Source of the DNA: Escherichia phage T4
Direction: 5' to 3' (one strand)
Sequence record: MZ375356.1
Length of the DNA: 64,000 nt
In this document: one piece after another, positions 21,118-32,263 of the stretch
Numbering within the stretch: position 1 is the stretch's first letter
How the letters are laid out: each line of letters starts with the position of its first letter
Translations under genes and position numbers: made by a program
Notes under the pieces: model-generated
Told to the model about the DNA's origin: nothing
Seen by the model: the letters and a program-made list of their open reading frames with translations, nothing else
The model's database searches: none

Positions 21118-21858
21118 TTAAGCGTATTTTCCTACATAATCTTTTTTCGAAATATGTGTTTCGCCAGTTTTCCACCAATGATCAACCAAATAAAAATGAC
21201 GAGAATACACATGTAGGCTTCCAACATTCCATATAATGGAACCTGCTTTATACTGGCGAGTTGAATCACCTGCATTCAAATCAGATACTAATTTATCTAA
21301 TACGTATTTTTGCCATGCATAATCATTACGGAATCCGAAGACCACGTCATTTGAGCGCATGTTAACAACCGCATTGATTTTCTTGTCACGAATCAGGTAT
21401 TGTACTGTATTCGTGCACATGAAATCTGACATACCATCTTTATTATAGTCAAACTGCATAGATGGACGAGTATAAATCATGATACCACGTCGAGAATCAG
21501 GATTTTGACCAAGTTCAGCTAAACACATGTCATACTGAGCATAGTTATCTTCTGACCAGATAGCCCAACCATAATTCGAGTTAATTTCACCTTTAGAAGA
21601 TGCTACTTGTTGCCAAATCTTCGGTGTTTCACCCGGAATATCTTTAACGAACAAGCTTTTAGATTTATACCATTCAAGTTCACGCTGAATGTATTCATCA
21701 TTAAGAGCGCCAAAAATAAACGGTTCATCTGCTACAAATGATGCGCCAATAATTTCAATAGTTTTAACACCTGTTTTATCAACTACGAAATCTTTTTCTT
21801 TTAATGCAAGCCCCAAATGAAGACGGATTTCTTCAACTGTCATAGAGTCACTAATCAT
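21118..21858 (-). CDS. 42: dCMP hydroxymethylase
   Basis: 246 aa; thymidylate-synthase-like fold motifs; synteny. Confidence 0.85.
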   Translation of the reverse strand: MISDSMTVEEIRLHLGLALKEKDFVVDKTGVKTIEIIGASFVADEPFIFGALNDEYIQRELEWYKSKSLFVKDIPGETPKIWQQVASSKGEINSNYGWAIWSEDNYAQYDMCLAELGQNPDSRRGIMIYTRPSMQFDYNKDGMSDFMCTNTVQYLIRDKKINAVVNMRSNDVVFGFRNDYAWQKYVLDKLVSDLNAGDSTRQYKAGSIIWNVGSLHVYSRHFYLVDHWWKTGETHISKKDYVGKYA

Positions 21859-21865
21859 TTAAACC

Positions 21866-22015
21866 TCAATTGATACATTCATATTTAACTTGTAACAGTA
21901 ATAAACTCCAACCTAAAATAATAGTTGGAATCATAAGAGGAACCGTTACACTATAGTATATACTTATTATAATCATCAAGATTAAAAGCAATGCTGCTAT
22001 AATTTTGCTTTTCAT
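21866..22015 (-). CDS. small membrane protein, 49 aa
   Basis: MKSKIIAALLLILMIIISIYY...; ATGA overlap with imm stop; below track cutoff. Confidence 0.35.
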   Translation of the reverse strand: MKSKIIAALLLILMIIISIYYSVTVPLMIPTIILGWSLLLLQVKYECIN

Positions 22016-22263
22016 TCCTTCTCTCTGATGATAATTACCTGATTTGGCTGCGCAGACTTTTTAGTTTCACCTGCAATTGACCAAATAAATGTAATAAACC
22101 AACCAATAATTGACCAGTTAAACAGTAAAGATGCGAAAAAGATTCCTACTGTCGATTTTGACCCACGCATCAAGGCGATAAACCATGGAAGCATGTATAT
22201 AATAATAGCCAACACGCCTGAAACTAAAACCATAAAAATTGAACCTGCTACTAAAGTTTCCAT
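22012..22263 (-). CDS. imm: immunity to superinfection membrane protein
   Basis: 83 aa with two hydrophobic helices. Confidence 0.8.
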   Translation of the reverse strand: METLVAGSIFMVLVSGVLAIIIYMLPWFIALMRGSKSTVGIFFASLLFNWSIIGWFITFIWSIAGETKKSAQPNQVIIIREKE

Positions 22264-22270
22264 GTTTTCC

Positions 22271-22651
22271 TCACTTAGTCAAATTTTTTACACATGAATT
22301 ATAAGAATTCACTACATACTCCATCGGAGCGTTTTTACCTGTACGCCACTGGTAATTATTAGCCCAATTTGCCCAAAGCTCAGCGCAGTAGTTTTCAATT
22401 TTTTCTTCGCGTGTAATTACATCTGAATTACGATATGCTTGAGCAGATTCATCTGGACGAATAGCTTCGTCAAAATTCGCCTGCATTTGTTCTACTGTCT
22501 GTTTTGGAGCTTCTTTATAACACTTGACATTAGGATTATAAAATTTGCTTGAACAGTTTACAATTTTTCCTACATCAGACTGATTTACTACCGGTCCTTG
22601 AGCTACACAACCAGCAAGACCTAATGCAATAACCAAAATAGCGATTTTCAT
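22271..22651 (-). CDS. putative lipoprotein, about 126 aa
   Basis: ATG MKIAILVIALGLAGC (lipobox) preceded by GGAG SD and early promoter; track ORF starts at an upstream TTG. Confidence 0.5.
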   Translation of the reverse strand: MKIAILVIALGLAGCVAQGPVVNQSDVGKIVNCSSKFYNPNVKCYKEAPKQTVEQMQANFDEAIRPDESAQAYRNSDVITREEKIENYCAELWANWANNYQWRTGKNAPMEYVVNSYNSCVKNLTK

Positions 22652-22688
22652 TTCATTCTCCAAATCCGTATCAGTAGTTGATAGTTGT

Positions 22689-22718
22689 ATAGTACCATGG
22701 AAGAACAGTCTTGTAAAC
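22689..22718 (-). promoter_or_regulatory. T4-type early promoter
   Basis: GTTTAC-18 nt-TACTAT followed by conserved ACAACTATCAACTACTGATAC leader. Confidence 0.6.
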
Positions 22719-22806
22719 AGTTTTGTGAAAAAATTTTTAGGGAATCCAAAGGGTCCAGAATCATCTCTTTTTCATAAGTATAGATTTATATTACTTGTAT
22801 GAAAAA

Positions 22807-22822
22807 GGGACCTGGAGGTCCC
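22807..22822 (-). terminator. stable hairpin after gene 43
   Basis: GGGACCUCCAGGUCCC immediately after the gene 43 stop. Confidence 0.45.
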
Positions 22823-22835
22823 TAGATTTATTCTA

Positions 22836-25532
22836 TCAGCCAAACAGGAAGTCTAACGAAGCTTTTTCTTCATAGTCCATGCCAGCCGATTCACACATAC
22901 CCGCAAGCGGTTTAACAAACGATTTTTGGAACAAAGTTGAGTGGTCAATCCAAGATAGCACATCAGAACGAATTTCTTTTGGAAGTTCTGTACCCGATGG
23001 CCAAGCAATGCACTTGTCACCAAATGGATTTCCTTCACGTAATGGAAGAACCATTACTTTATTTCCATCCAAAATTGGAGCTACACCTAAACCGCTAACA
23101 GCTCGACGATAAGTTAGCACACCACGAATATGGAACGGGCATTTAAATCCTGGCCAACCTTTATCATCATATTTCGCTATATCGTTCGCAGTTTTTACTT
23201 CAGCAATAACTTTATAGTCAAGTTGACGATATTCTTTCTCGAAGTTCTTGTAGTATTCTTGGACAGACTCTTCACCTTCCTGAAGAATACGACGAATACT
23301 TTCTTCGAGAGCTTCTTGCACTGCTTTTGGTGTTGAACTCTGCTGAGTTTCCATACCCATGATTTTTAGATGCGGTTCAGCAAATCGCTTATCTTCCATA
23401 TCATAAACGTTCAGAGCATAACGCTTTTTCGCTTTCCAAAATCCACCAACGCCCTTTGAACCAAGCGGAGGGCAAGAAATAGCTTCACGGTCCATATGCA
23501 TCAGATGCTCGCGGTTATTCATATAATCACATAACTCACGATATGCAACATCAATCATAGGTTCCATCTTTTTCTTACCGAACTGATTCATGAATTCAAC
23601 CAAATCGTTCTGCTCTTTGAATCGGTCAAGACCAACTTTTTCAATAACTTTATCTACGCAAACATATACCGAATCAGTATCACCTGCTGCAATGAAATCT
23701 TCATCATTAGTTCCGCATACTTTATTCAGATATTCATTAATTTTACGAGCAATCCACTGAATACCGACTTGGCCGAAAATTGTGATAGCAGTAGCATTTC
23801 GCAAATCATAGTAACGGAAATGAATATTACCAAGAGCACCATAAAGACTGTTAATGAGAATTTTACGGTTCAGCTGATTTGTATTAGCAAGTGTAGCTGC
23901 TTTTTCACATTCTTCAATCAGACTATTGAGAACAGATTCGGTGTAATTCGATAGTTCATTTAAGAAATCATCACTGAACTTAACATATCGTTCAACTTCT
24001 GGTTTAGTTGAACAAGACCCTGCGCCTTTCATAATAATCTTTTTAATAGCTTCGGCATTCATTTCTTCAGCGAACATTTTCTTTTTCCAGTCTTTACGCT
24101 GGAAAAATACTTTAGCGATTTCCTTTGGAATGATACCTTCTTGATGTTTATCATACATCCATCCATTCGGAGAACAAGAATATTCATCACTCGGTTTAGG
24201 AGCTGTTCCTGCGATATATTCATGAATTGGATGAACTTTAAACTGACCACGAATAGTTTCAGGACTAATGTTAACCTGGCGAATAATGCTCGGATACAGA
24301 GACGTCAAGTCAAAACTCATAATGTATCGACGTGCAATTGGTTTAGGTTCAAACACAAATGCACCCGGAAAACTCTGTTTAACGTGCGAACCTTGTTGAG
24401 GAATAACCTTATGTTCACCTTTCAATGAGTTAAAAATAATAGCATCCCAAGTTTTAATAGGACTCATTACACCAGAAAAAGGCATTTTAGCGTAATAAGA
24501 CATACTTAAAACTAGATCGATAAACCCACGAATTTTATCGATTGCTTGAACTGATTCTACGTCAATGATGTTATAACTAATGTATCGTTGATGATTAGTC
24601 TCACGAAGTTTATTAATAGGACCGTCGTATGGTAATTTACCTTTTTTGGTTTCATGTTGAGCAACTGATTCCAAAGAGAATGACGGCAAATTAGTAAAAG
24701 CGAATTTCTTGTACAAATCTAAATAATCAAGAATAGATACGCCATCAATAGAATAAATTTCTTTGCTACCGTACATATTTTGAATTAGTTTAGATTTTAC
24801 CCGACCGATTGGAGAGAAACGTTTCATACTACGTTCACCCAGAATCATTTTAACACGATTCATGATATACGGAACGTCAAACCCCTCAATATTCCAACCA
24901 GTAAAAATAGCAGGTCGTTTCTGTTCCCAAAGATTGATATATTCCATGAGCATATCACGCTCATTATCGAATGGCATATAAATTACTCGGTCAAGAATTT
25001 CTTGAGGAACTTCATCACCACCTTCACAGTCAAGCTTAGCAGCTAACTTTGCATCCCATTTTGATACTGAACCGTACATTGAATTCAAAAGGTCGAAAAC
25101 ATAAAAACGATCGTCAATTGAATCGTAATGAGTGATAGCATCAATTTCATATTCTGCTTTCATTGGGTCAGGAAATTTATCACCAGTAACCTCAATGTCA
25201 CAGTTAGCTACACGAACAAATTTTCGGTCATAAACAATTTCTGAACCATATGTATCACTTATATAAGCGAGTTTAAAATCGTTCATACCGAGAGCTTCGA
25301 GACCGATGTCTTCCATTCGCTTCATCCAATCTCGAGCATCTTTCATTGATGGAAATTTTTGAGGAGCGCAGTTTTTACCATAGATGTCTTTGTATTTTGA
25401 CTCTTCCTTACAATGCCTAAACATAGTTGGAAGATATTCTACTTCACGGGTACGTTCCTTTCCATTTTCATCAATATAACGTTCAACAATGTTATTTCCG
25501 ACTGTTTCAATAGAGATATAAAATTCTTTCAT
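22836..25532 (-). CDS. 43: DNA polymerase gp43 (family B)
   Basis: 898 aa; exonuclease and polymerase motifs incl. YGDTDS. Confidence 0.95.
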   Translation of the reverse strand: MKEFYISIETVGNNIVERYIDENGKERTREVEYLPTMFRHCKEESKYKDIYGKNCAPQKFPSMKDARDWMKRMEDIGLEALGMNDFKLAYISDTYGSEIVYDRKFVRVANCDIEVTGDKFPDPMKAEYEIDAITHYDSIDDRFYVFDLLNSMYGSVSKWDAKLAAKLDCEGGDEVPQEILDRVIYMPFDNERDMLMEYINLWEQKRPAIFTGWNIEGFDVPYIMNRVKMILGERSMKRFSPIGRVKSKLIQNMYGSKEIYSIDGVSILDYLDLYKKFAFTNLPSFSLESVAQHETKKGKLPYDGPINKLRETNHQRYISYNIIDVESVQAIDKIRGFIDLVLSMSYYAKMPFSGVMSPIKTWDAIIFNSLKGEHKVIPQQGSHVKQSFPGAFVFEPKPIARRYIMSFDLTSLYPSIIRQVNISPETIRGQFKVHPIHEYIAGTAPKPSDEYSCSPNGWMYDKHQEGIIPKEIAKVFFQRKDWKKKMFAEEMNAEAIKKIIMKGAGSCSTKPEVERYVKFSDDFLNELSNYTESVLNSLIEECEKAATLANTNQLNRKILINSLYGALGNIHFRYYDLRNATAITIFGQVGIQWIARKINEYLNKVCGTNDEDFIAAGDTDSVYVCVDKVIEKVGLDRFKEQNDLVEFMNQFGKKKMEPMIDVAYRELCDYMNNREHLMHMDREAISCPPLGSKGVGGFWKAKKRYALNVYDMEDKRFAEPHLKIMGMETQQSSTPKAVQEALEESIRRILQEGEESVQEYYKNFEKEYRQLDYKVIAEVKTANDIAKYDDKGWPGFKCPFHIRGVLTYRRAVSGLGVAPILDGNKVMVLPLREGNPFGDKCIAWPSGTELPKEIRSDVLSWIDHSTLFQKSFVKPLAGMCESAGMDYEEKASLDFLFG

Positions 25533-25590
25533 AGATATTCCTTAGTTTATAGCCCGAGTTATTAGGCTCTTGATATATTATACTCCAAAT

Positions 25591-25608
25591 AAGGGGCCGA
25601 AGCCCCTT
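25591..25608 (-). terminator. CUUCGG-type hairpin after regA
   Basis: Transcript AAGGGGCUUCGGCCCCUU. Confidence 0.45.
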
Positions 25609-25610
25609 GC

Positions 25611-25979
25611 TTAATTACCAATCGTATATTTAGGAACGAGCTTCCATTCATGTTTTTGTTTAAAAGAAATAACTCGGAAGTTATTAGTTAAATCTTTCAT
25701 AAAAGTTCTTTGACCAGGAACGATTTCAATTAGTCCCCAATCTTCTAATAGCCATGCAATCGAATCACGACGAACTTCATCTTCTTCTGTCATTTCAACT
25801 TGACGACCATCCATACGAAGCATTTCTTTAAAATGAACGATATAGTATAGTCCTTTTTTCTGAAGAATATGACAGGACTGATATAGAACTTTATCTTTAT
25901 TATTAGCAATTCCCATACGAGTCAAAGTTTCTTTTACTTTCAGAAAATCTTCAGGTTTTTTAAGAGTAATTTCAATCAT
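25611..25979 (-). CDS. regA: translational repressor RegA
   Basis: 122 aa MIEITLKKPEDFLKVKETLTRMGIANN... Confidence 0.85.
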   Translation of the reverse strand: MIEITLKKPEDFLKVKETLTRMGIANNKDKVLYQSCHILQKKGLYYIVHFKEMLRMDGRQVEMTEEDEVRRDSIAWLLEDWGLIEIVPGQRTFMKDLTNNFRVISFKQKHEWKLVPKYTIGN

Positions 25980-25980
25980 T

Positions 25981-26544
25981 TTACCATTCCAATGCTAGTT
26001 TTTTGAGTTGTTTCTGTTCTTTTACGTTCTTAGTCACTTCTTTCAAAAAATCATCCGTGACTAAACCTTTTAGTTCTTTTAATACTAAAGGAAGTTTTCC
26101 ATTTTTAGTAAGAATTGATTTATAGTTAATTGCATCATTTGTATTAACTTGATACCGCTTAGCAAGTAACTTAATAATCAATACTTCGGTGGAATCTTCA
26201 ACCAGTTTTGCCCATTTACCATATCTTTTACCACGAGGAACTGCAGCCATTAGATAATTAAAATGAGCTTCATCACTTAAGCCTGATCCAATTAAATTCA
26301 TAGCATATACAGCTGGCATACACTCTGGAAATTGTGATAATGCATTTTCAACCATGAATTTTGAATAATCTTTTTGAGCAATAGAGCATTTAGTTTTATT
26401 ATTAATAGCTCCAATTATTTCAAAAAATTCATTTTCTGCTTTTTCTTTAAAAGAATCAGCAGCGGATTGGACAGCTGTCCAATCTTTTGAATACCAAGCA
26501 ACTTGATGCTCGTTTAATTGAATATCATCTTTAAATAAGCTCAT
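25981..26544 (-). CDS. 62: clamp loader small subunit gp62
   Basis: 187 aa; synteny 45-44-62-regA. Confidence 0.85.
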
Positions 26545-26545
26545 A

Positions 26546-27505
26546 TCACTTCCACTGCATTTCGCATGCTAATTGAATGAAAAGATAAGCTAAATGCAAT
26601 TCAGTATTAGCTGCAATACCATGATACTGATTATTTTCGCCGACAATTTCGTACATACGAATAATACTTTGTGGAGTTACACGTGAATAGATTTCTTCGG
26701 CAAGTTTACCCACGAACCACGAATAATCAGCCGCATATTTTGGTGCTAAAGCTCTGAGTTGTTTAACATCTTTATTTTTGAGAGACTCAAGAACATCATC
26801 AATAGCACCACGATCGTTAGTAACCAGTGATAAAATACCAGCATCCAAAACACCTTTAGACGAATAACTATCGAGCTCGCCAATAGTTTTACGAAAATCA
26901 GGAAAATTCTTTTTAACCAAAGCTGCTACAACTTTCATATCAGCTATAGCAATTCCTTCATGCTTGCAGATTTCAGTCAATCGACGAATCATCTGCTTCA
27001 TCATTTCAATTTTATCTTCATCAGTTGGTTGACCGAATGTAATAACTCGGCAGCGTGACTGAAGCGGTTTAATAATACCATCAATATTATTAGCAGTAAT
27101 AATAATACTACAGTTTGAACTATAAGCTTCCATAAAGGAACGAAGATGTCGCTGAGACTCTGCTAACCCTGAACGGTCAAATTCATCAATAACGATTACT
27201 TTTTGACGACCATCAAATGAAGCGGCGCTGGCAAAATTAGTCAAAGGACCACGAACGAAATCAATTTTACAATCTGACCCATTCACAAACATCATATCAG
27301 CATTTACATCATGACATAATGCTTTTGCTACAGTTGTTTTACCTGTTCCTGGAGAAGGAGAATGAAGAATAATATGTGGAATCTTACCTTTACTTGTAAT
27401 AGATTTAAAGGTTTCTTTATCAAAGGCGGGAAGAATACATTCATCGATAGTAGATGGACGATATTTCTGTTCAAGAATGTGTTCTTTTTCATTTACAGTA
27501 ATCAT
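26546..27505 (-). CDS. 44: clamp loader ATPase subunit gp44 (AAA+)
   Basis: 319 aa from MITVNEKEH; Walker [11 protein letters not shown], Walker [12 protein letters not shown] motif. Confidence 0.9.
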
Positions 27506-27537
27506 AATTTCCTCATTCAAGTTTTAGTGTAAATTAT

Positions 27538-27553
27538 AAAGGGCCGAAGCCCT
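27538..27553 (-). terminator. CUUCGG-type hairpin after gene 45
   Basis: Transcript GGGCUUCGGCCC. Confidence 0.45.
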
Positions 27554-27556
27554 CTA

Positions 27557-28243
27557 TTAAAAATCGTGGGTAGAATCAGCTTCAAGAGCTACCACATAAT
27601 TCGCGTGTTCACCTTCAAATTTAGCAGCACCTTGTTTACCTTTTGCCCAAAGCAGAAGTTTATAATTTCCTGGTTGCATTTTCATATTTGCCATATTGAT
27701 AATGAAATTAAATGTATTTTCACCATCATAATCACCAAGAGTCAAAGAATATTTAACACGGGTCAGAGCAGAATCTTCTACTTTATTAAAACCGTTAATT
27801 ACGATTTTACCTTCTTTTACCGTGATAGCAATTGTATCAATTTGCAGACCACGAGATACACGCAACAGCTGTTGAAGGTCTTCAGCTTTAATTTCAGTAA
27901 CAGCAGATGCTACCGGGAATGGAATTGGTTTATTAGGAGCAACTACTGTACTCGGATCGGCTGCTGGCCAAAAAATTGTTGAGCGGGCATCAGCAATTTT
28001 AATATTTCCATCTTCTGACTGGGAAATTTCTGCATCATCATTAACTAAAGACAGAATACCGAGAAAACCGTTCAAATCGTAAATTGCTACATCAAAATCA
28101 ATAACGTCAGAAATATTTGCTTCCGCATAAGTTGTACCATTAACTGCGCGAGTCATAATAAATTGACCGGATTTAAGCATAATACCAGAGTTAATAGTAG
28201 CGAAATTTTTAAGCAGAGCAGTAGTATCTTTAGACAGTTTCAT
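27557..28243 (-). CDS. 45: sliding clamp gp45
   Basis: 228 aa MKLSKDTTALLKNFATINSGIMLKSG... Confidence 0.9.
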   Translation of the reverse strand: MKLSKDTTALLKNFATINSGIMLKSGQFIMTRAVNGTTYAEANISDVIDFDVAIYDLNGFLGILSLVNDDAEISQSEDGNIKIADARSTIFWPAADPSTVVAPNKPIPFPVASAVTEIKAEDLQQLLRVSRGLQIDTIAITVKEGKIVINGFNKVEDSALTRVKYSLTLGDYDGENTFNFIINMANMKMQPGNYKLLLWAKGKQGAAKFEGEHANYVVALEADSTHDF

Positions 28244-28298
28244 GTAATTTCCTTCAATTCAAATGAGATTTAATTTTATAACTAATTTAATAAAGCAA

Positions 28299-28688
28299 TT
28301 AACGATTAAAATCAGCCGCAATTGTTTCCGCAACAATTTGAGCAGCAACAATTAGACGTTCATCTGCATTACCGCAATAATCATCTTCAAGGCGTTCACC
28401 ACATGAAGTCATAATAAATTTAGCACCGGCGTTTAGGGATTCTGTAGTATGTTTGCGCATTAGTTCAATCCATTTATTACTTACTTCACGATCGATAGCT
28501 TCATAATACGCATGACGAGCAGGTGCAGATTTAATTTTGTTCTGAATAACTTCCATTGCGTTATCAGAAAGAGACAAAACCCATGCTCGACGAATTTTAT
28601 TTTGGTTTTGTGGATTTGATTCAGAACGCACGTGTTTTGGCTGAATATCTTTTACATCAACAGTATAATTCACAGTAATTTTAGTCAT
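28299..28688 (-). CDS. rpbA: RNA polymerase-binding protein RpbA
   Basis: 129 aa; position between 45 and 46. Confidence 0.7.
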
Positions 28689-28697
28689 AATACACCT

Positions 28698-28886
28698 TTA
28701 GTCATAATAATCAGTAACAGTCCAAGCTTCATTTCTATTGGACATTATTTTTGTATATTCTGCTTTAAATGCATTCCTAAGCATAGATTCAGTAACTATA
28801 TGCTCTTCATTAGAAAAATTATTTCTCAGAATATATCGTTTTATTTCAGGAATAGTTAATAGATGCTGTCCAGTTGAATATTCCAT
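28698..28886 (-). CDS. hypothetical protein, 62 aa
   Basis: ORF track. Confidence 0.4.
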   Translation of the reverse strand: MEYSTGQHLLTIPEIKRYILRNNFSNEEHIVTESMLRNAFKAEYTKIMSNRNEAWTVTDYYD

Positions 28887-28941
28887 GTTTTTCCTCCATA
28901 GAGATTATACTCTAATAAATTAAAGCATAATCTCTTATAAA

Positions 28942-30624
28942 TTAAACCATTACAGTAAATCGACCAACTTTCTTCATTTGAAGATGCTGACCATATTCTT
29001 GCGGGTCATGGTCTTTATGCGAAATTATAAAAACGTTAGTGTTTTTCATTGAATTTATAATATTAGCTACACCTTTAATACCTTCGGCATCAAATGACCC
29101 ATCAAACACTTCATCAAGAATTAATGTACTAATACTAACACCAGATACGATAGAAGCAATATCACGCCAAGTAAATAAAAGAGCAATATCGATTCGTGCC
29201 TTTTCACCTTCACTAAATGAAGCATAACTAAAATCTTCACGACCACGGGATTTAATTGTCTCATTAAATTCTTCATCTAATGTAAACACATAATCCGCTT
29301 CCATTATTTTAAGATAATGGTTAATCTGCTTATTAAATAATGGAATGTACTTTTTAATAATAGCACCTTTAATACCAGAATCTTTGAGCATATCAGTCAA
29401 AATTCCTCGGTGGTATTTTTCCATTACTAAATTAGTTTTTGTCTTAACAATTTTATCAAGTTCTTCTTGAAGCAGTGCTATTTCATCAGCATGGTCAATA
29501 AACTCAGAAGATGCTTTTTCTATAGCCGCTTTAACTTTTTTAGCTTTATCTACTGCTGCGATCAGAGATTGCTTTTTATTGCGAATATCATTTGCCAACG
29601 ACTGCTGGGTTTTAATATTATCTCGGTATTCATCAACAAGAACTTTTAAATTATCACGATGTGTTGAAAGCTGTTCAAACGAATGTGTGCATTCAGAAAC
29701 TTTATCTTTAATTTTAGAAACAACTTTATCACCGGAACTCAATTGTGACAAACAGGTTGGACATAATCCACCTTCGTGATACATATTAATGACTTTATTA
29801 TACGAGTCAATTTTTGATTTAATTAAAAATGCTTCTTGACCGATTTTATTAAATGCATCAGTCGGGTCTTCGTCCAAAACAATATTAACTAATCTTTCGT
29901 TAGCTTCTTCTATTTCCGATTTTAGCGTTCTAGCTTCTTTTGCCAAATCATCATACATATTTTGTAGACGAGTAAGGTTGTCACCCGTTAATTTTTTCTG
30001 GCGTTCAACATTATCATTATATATTTTAATTTGTTGGATAATACTATCTTTTTTAACATCAAGCACTTGGTTCTGCGAATTTAATTCACGTATTAGTGCT
30101 TTATTAAGCTTATCCATTTCAGCTAATGTTCCTACCTCAAGCAGGTCTTCCACAAGCTTTCTTCGCGCAGGGGTCGACAAACCCATGAAAGGGGTATACC
30201 CTGCTGTACCAAGGACAACAATCTGCTTGAAACTGGCATATGACATTCCGATAAGCTGTTCAAATTCTGCTTGGAAATCTTTACTGCTGGCAGATTCATT
30301 AAGACGTGTACCGTTAACGGTGATTTCGAAAACGTTTGGTTTTTGTCCTCTTTTGATATAGTACTTTTTCTCATCATATTCCATCCACAGTTCAACTAAA
30401 AGTTCTTTCTTATTTGTGCTGTTTATTAATTGACCTTTCTTTACATCGCGAAATGGCTTACCAAAAAGCCCAAATGTGATGGCTTCTAGCATAGTAGACT
30501 TACCACCGCCATTTCGTCCAGTAATAAGAGTTTTTTGAACCTTATCTAATTGAATGTCAATCCCATTTTGACCAACTGACATTATATTTTTATATTTTAC
30601 TCTATTAAGTTTAAAATTCTTCAC
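28942..30624 (-). CDS. 46: recombination nuclease ATPase subunit gp46 (Rad50/SbcC-like)
   Basis: 560 aa; Walker A GRNGGGKST; coiled-coil middle; signature/Walker B at C-terminus. Confidence 0.9.
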   Translation of the reverse strand: MKNFKLNRVKYKNIMSVGQNGIDIQLDKVQKTLITGRNGGGKSTMLEAITFGLFGKPFRDVKKGQLINSTNKKELLVELWMEYDEKKYYIKRGQKPNVFEITVNGTRLNESASSKDFQAEFEQLIGMSYASFKQIVVLGTAGYTPFMGLSTPARRKLVEDLLEVGTLAEMDKLNKALIRELNSQNQVLDVKKDSIIQQIKIYNDNVERQKKLTGDNLTRLQNMYDDLAKEARTLKSEIEEANERLVNIVLDEDPTDAFNKIGQEAFLIKSKIDSYNKVINMYHEGGLCPTCLSQLSSGDKVVSKIKDKVSECTHSFEQLSTHRDNLKVLVDEYRDNIKTQQSLANDIRNKKQSLIAAVDKAKKVKAAIEKASSEFIDHADEIALLQEELDKIVKTKTNLVMEKYHRGILTDMLKDSGIKGAIIKKYIPLFNKQINHYLKIMEADYVFTLDEEFNETIKSRGREDFSYASFSEGEKARIDIALLFTWRDIASIVSGVSISTLILDEVFDGSFDAEGIKGVANIINSMKNTNVFIISHKDHDPQEYGQHLQMKKVGRFTVMV

Positions 30625-30696
30625 AAAAGATTCCTTTTAATGTATCTTTTAGACCATTCTATCATATCATCATAATCTAAAAAGTATTCATCAAAT

Positions 30697-30882
30697 TCAG
30701 CCATGCAAACAACGCCTTGTGCTGTTTTTGATGTGATAAATTATTCCAACATATCTAGAATCTTCTTCGGTATAATCAATATTTGCTATGAATTCATCAT
30801 TAATGTCAAATGTCGAAAACTTCACAGTATGCATCCTTAATACAAGATACAGCCATATCTCGTAATGATTTAGGTGTGTCAT
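30697..30882 (-). CDS. hypothetical protein, 61 aa (overlaps next ORF)
   Basis: ORF track; 5' end overlaps 30806..31069 in another frame. Confidence 0.3.
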   Translation of the reverse strand: MTHLNHYEIWLYLVLRMHTVKFSTFDINDEFIANIDYTEEDSRYVGIIYHIKNSTRRCLHG

Positions 30883-31069
30883 TATCTAAAATGTTGAAGT
30901 TAAAAGATACAGCCCAGTCAGTGCAGACAGTAACCTTTTTAATACAATTATCTTCAACCTCTAACGGTTCAAACCAGTATTCAATAATTTCTTTATGACC
31001 AATATCATCTTTTACTTCACATTTAAAATGCTGACTCATCATAACATTTTTAAATTCATCAAAAGTCAT
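30806..31069 (-). CDS. hypothetical protein, 87 aa
   Basis: ORF track; ends inside a 7-bp tandem repeat. Confidence 0.45.
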   Translation of the reverse strand: MTFDEFKNVMMSQHFKCEVKDDIGHKEIIEYWFEPLEVEDNCIKKVTVCTDWAVSFNFNILDNDTPKSLRDMAVSCIKDAYCEVFDI

Positions 31070-32085
31070 TGTGTTGCCTCTACATATAGCTGATTTGCAT
31101 ATTGAATAAGTGCTTCACGGTCAGAATCAGTGATGTCTGGAATTGCATTAATATACTCTTCCATTAATGTCTGAAGCGATTGAACTTCAACTTCTTCACT
31201 GTCATCTGACTCGACAGAGTTATCAATCTTTGACACAACTCGTAATGAATGCACAACTTTTTCTAGTTCAGATTCGAACTTCGTCAGATTTTTGTCTACT
31301 TCAGTTACTATAACACGTACTGATAGATTTGTAAAATCTTTATAGTCAATTTTTCCTTTAAATGGATAATGAATTCTACGATGCCAGGTAGTATTGTTTG
31401 GAATAAATTCCGTTCGTTCTGTTTCTGTATCAAACATCCAGAACCCACGAGGGTCATTCTCGTCACCTGCGGTTAGTGTCCATGGTGTCCCAATATATCT
31501 GACGTTTGCAGCCTCAGAAATAGTATGGAAGTGACCAGACCACACTTCTTTATAAGTCTTAAGGAAATCGGGTTCAAGACCATGAGATTTCATTCCTTTA
31601 TAAAAATAAAATCCATTCAGTTCCCAGTGACCAACACAAAAAGAAGCAGATGAAGTTTTGATATGCTCAAGAATTTCACCAGTATTTTCTTCGCACATCC
31701 AAGGAATCAAATCAATCAAACACCCGTCAAAATCTACTGTAGTAGGCTTATCATACACTTTAACATTAGGATATTTAGCCAAAAGCTCAGTAGAAGCATT
31801 TGGATGCATTACATTTTTATAGTGGAGATCGTGATTTCCTACAATAGTGTGTAATGTAATTCCAGCATCATCAAGCGTTTGAACTATTTCACGGGCAAAC
31901 TCCATAGTTTTATGTGTGATCGCTTTTCGCACATCAAAAATATCACCGTATTGAATCCAGGTAGTAATTCCATTTTTCTTAGAATATTCTATCGCTTGCT
32001 TAATTCCATCAATTTGAATACCGCGAATCCACTCATCATCAGCTTTAACGCCTAAATGCCAATCACCTAAATTTAAAATTTTCAT
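31066..32085 (-). CDS. 47: recombination nuclease subunit gp47 (Mre11/SbcD-like)
   Basis: 339 aa; calcineurin-like phosphoesterase motifs DWH, GNHD. Confidence 0.9.
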   Translation of the reverse strand: MKILNLGDWHLGVKADDEWIRGIQIDGIKQAIEYSKKNGITTWIQYGDIFDVRKAITHKTMEFAREIVQTLDDAGITLHTIVGNHDLHYKNVMHPNASTELLAKYPNVKVYDKPTTVDFDGCLIDLIPWMCEENTGEILEHIKTSSASFCVGHWELNGFYFYKGMKSHGLEPDFLKTYKEVWSGHFHTISEAANVRYIGTPWTLTAGDENDPRGFWMFDTETERTEFIPNNTTWHRRIHYPFKGKIDYKDFTNLSVRVIVTEVDKNLTKFESELEKVVHSLRVVSKIDNSVESDDSEEVEVQSLQTLMEEYINAIPDITDSDREALIQYANQLYVEATQ

Positions 32086-32245
32086 ATATCAAGAACCGTC
32101 ATTGAAATGCAAAATAAAATTATTGAAATAAATCCATCTGGAGTGCTAAAGAACCCAATCCAACATGCTCTAGTGAATAGATAAAATGCAAGAAAAAGTA
32201 TCACATATCCAAGAAATATCATTATATCAAACTCCGTATAAAGCT

Positions 32246-32263
32246 AAAGGGCCGAAGCCCTTT
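32246..32263 (-). terminator. CUUCGG-type hairpin after alpha-gt
   Basis: Transcript AAAGGGCUUCGGCCCUUU. Confidence 0.45.
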
